Below, in pieces: positions 56,964 to 57,166 of a DNA stretch of 57,166 nt. The notes under the pieces were generated by a model. The model was not told the origin of the DNA. It was given only the letters and a program-made list of their open reading frames with translations, and did not search any database. Each line of letters starts with the position of its first letter. Within the stretch, counting starts at the first letter, position 1. Both the position numbers and the translations under genes were made by a program. Source of the DNA: Clostridia bacterium (GTDB lineage: Bacteria > Bacillota > Clostridia > Oscillospirales > UBA644); NCBI GenBank assembly GCA_014872655.1, contig WHHJ01000004.1, forward strand, positions 1 through 57,166. The letters are read 5' to 3'.

Positions 56964-57166
56964 ATTGAATAACATCTATAAGATATTTAATCCGGGAACG
57001 GTCAATCAGAAAGTTGCTTTAAACGGGGTCAGTCTTACCTTGCAGGATGGGGATTTTGTTACCGTAATCGGCGGCAACGGCGCCGGAAAATCCACTTTGT
57101 TAAATGCGATTGCCGGGGTTTGGCCGGTTGATTTCGGAACGATTCTGATTGACGGGATCAATATTA
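56955..57166 (+). CDS. ABC transporter ATP-binding protein (5' part, truncated by window end)
   Basis: Hand translation gives MLELNNIYKIFNPGTVNQKVALNGVSLTLQDGDFVTVIGGNGAGKSTLLNAIAG, which contains a Walker A motif. It overlaps the permease stop. Confidence 0.8.

Overview
This 57-kb window looks like a chromosomal segment from a Clostridia-type Firmicute, probably Oscillospiraceae/Ruminococcaceae-like. The hints are a dockerin protein, a ZTP riboswitch, an archaeal-type IMP cyclohydrolase, and roughly 50-55% GC with AT-richer patches. Most of it is housekeeping. It holds trpS and a purine-salvage block (PNP, adenosine deaminase, an ureidoglycolate-lyase-like cupin). It also holds an ABC-F ATPase, the upp-rpiB-tsaB-tsaE-hemW-lepA run on the minus strand, and guaA and putP. 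A nine-gene de novo purine operon (purE-C-F-M-N, then purO-like, purH, purD, purL) sits on the minus strand behind a ZTP (pfl) riboswitch. I found no rRNA, tRNA, CRISPR array, transposase or integrase. Four accessory patches stand out. (1) 10.2-14.8 kb carries a small CxxC protein and two translationally coupled WYL-type proteins. These are followed by a ~315-nt promoter-to-terminator structured RNA with three mutually exclusive helices, then a TROVE-like/vWA (DUF2828-type) protein. This is my best candidate for an undescribed RNA-centred stress or defence module. (2) 28.4-29.8 kb has a riboswitch-like leader in front of a cation:proton antiporter that is broken by an A8 frameshift. (3) 32.1-33.9 kb has an XRE repressor with twin palindromic operators, a small SLOG/DUF2493 protein and an unknown 277-aa protein. 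(4) 34.1-36.0 kb has a DUF5685 protein, a J-domain protein with a cysteine-string tail, and a zinc-ribbon membrane protein. Several intergenic repeat systems are also visible. One is an ~80-bp inverted repeat pair flanking a hydrolase gene. Another is a family of degenerate 27-55-bp periodic repeats at four loci, one of them inside the pur operon. A third is a triplicated ~86-109-bp module carrying its own SD-ATG at a gene junction. There is also a strong orphan promoter driving a probable ~190-nt ncRNA. All calls come from reading the sequence and ORF translations by eye. No database search was run.
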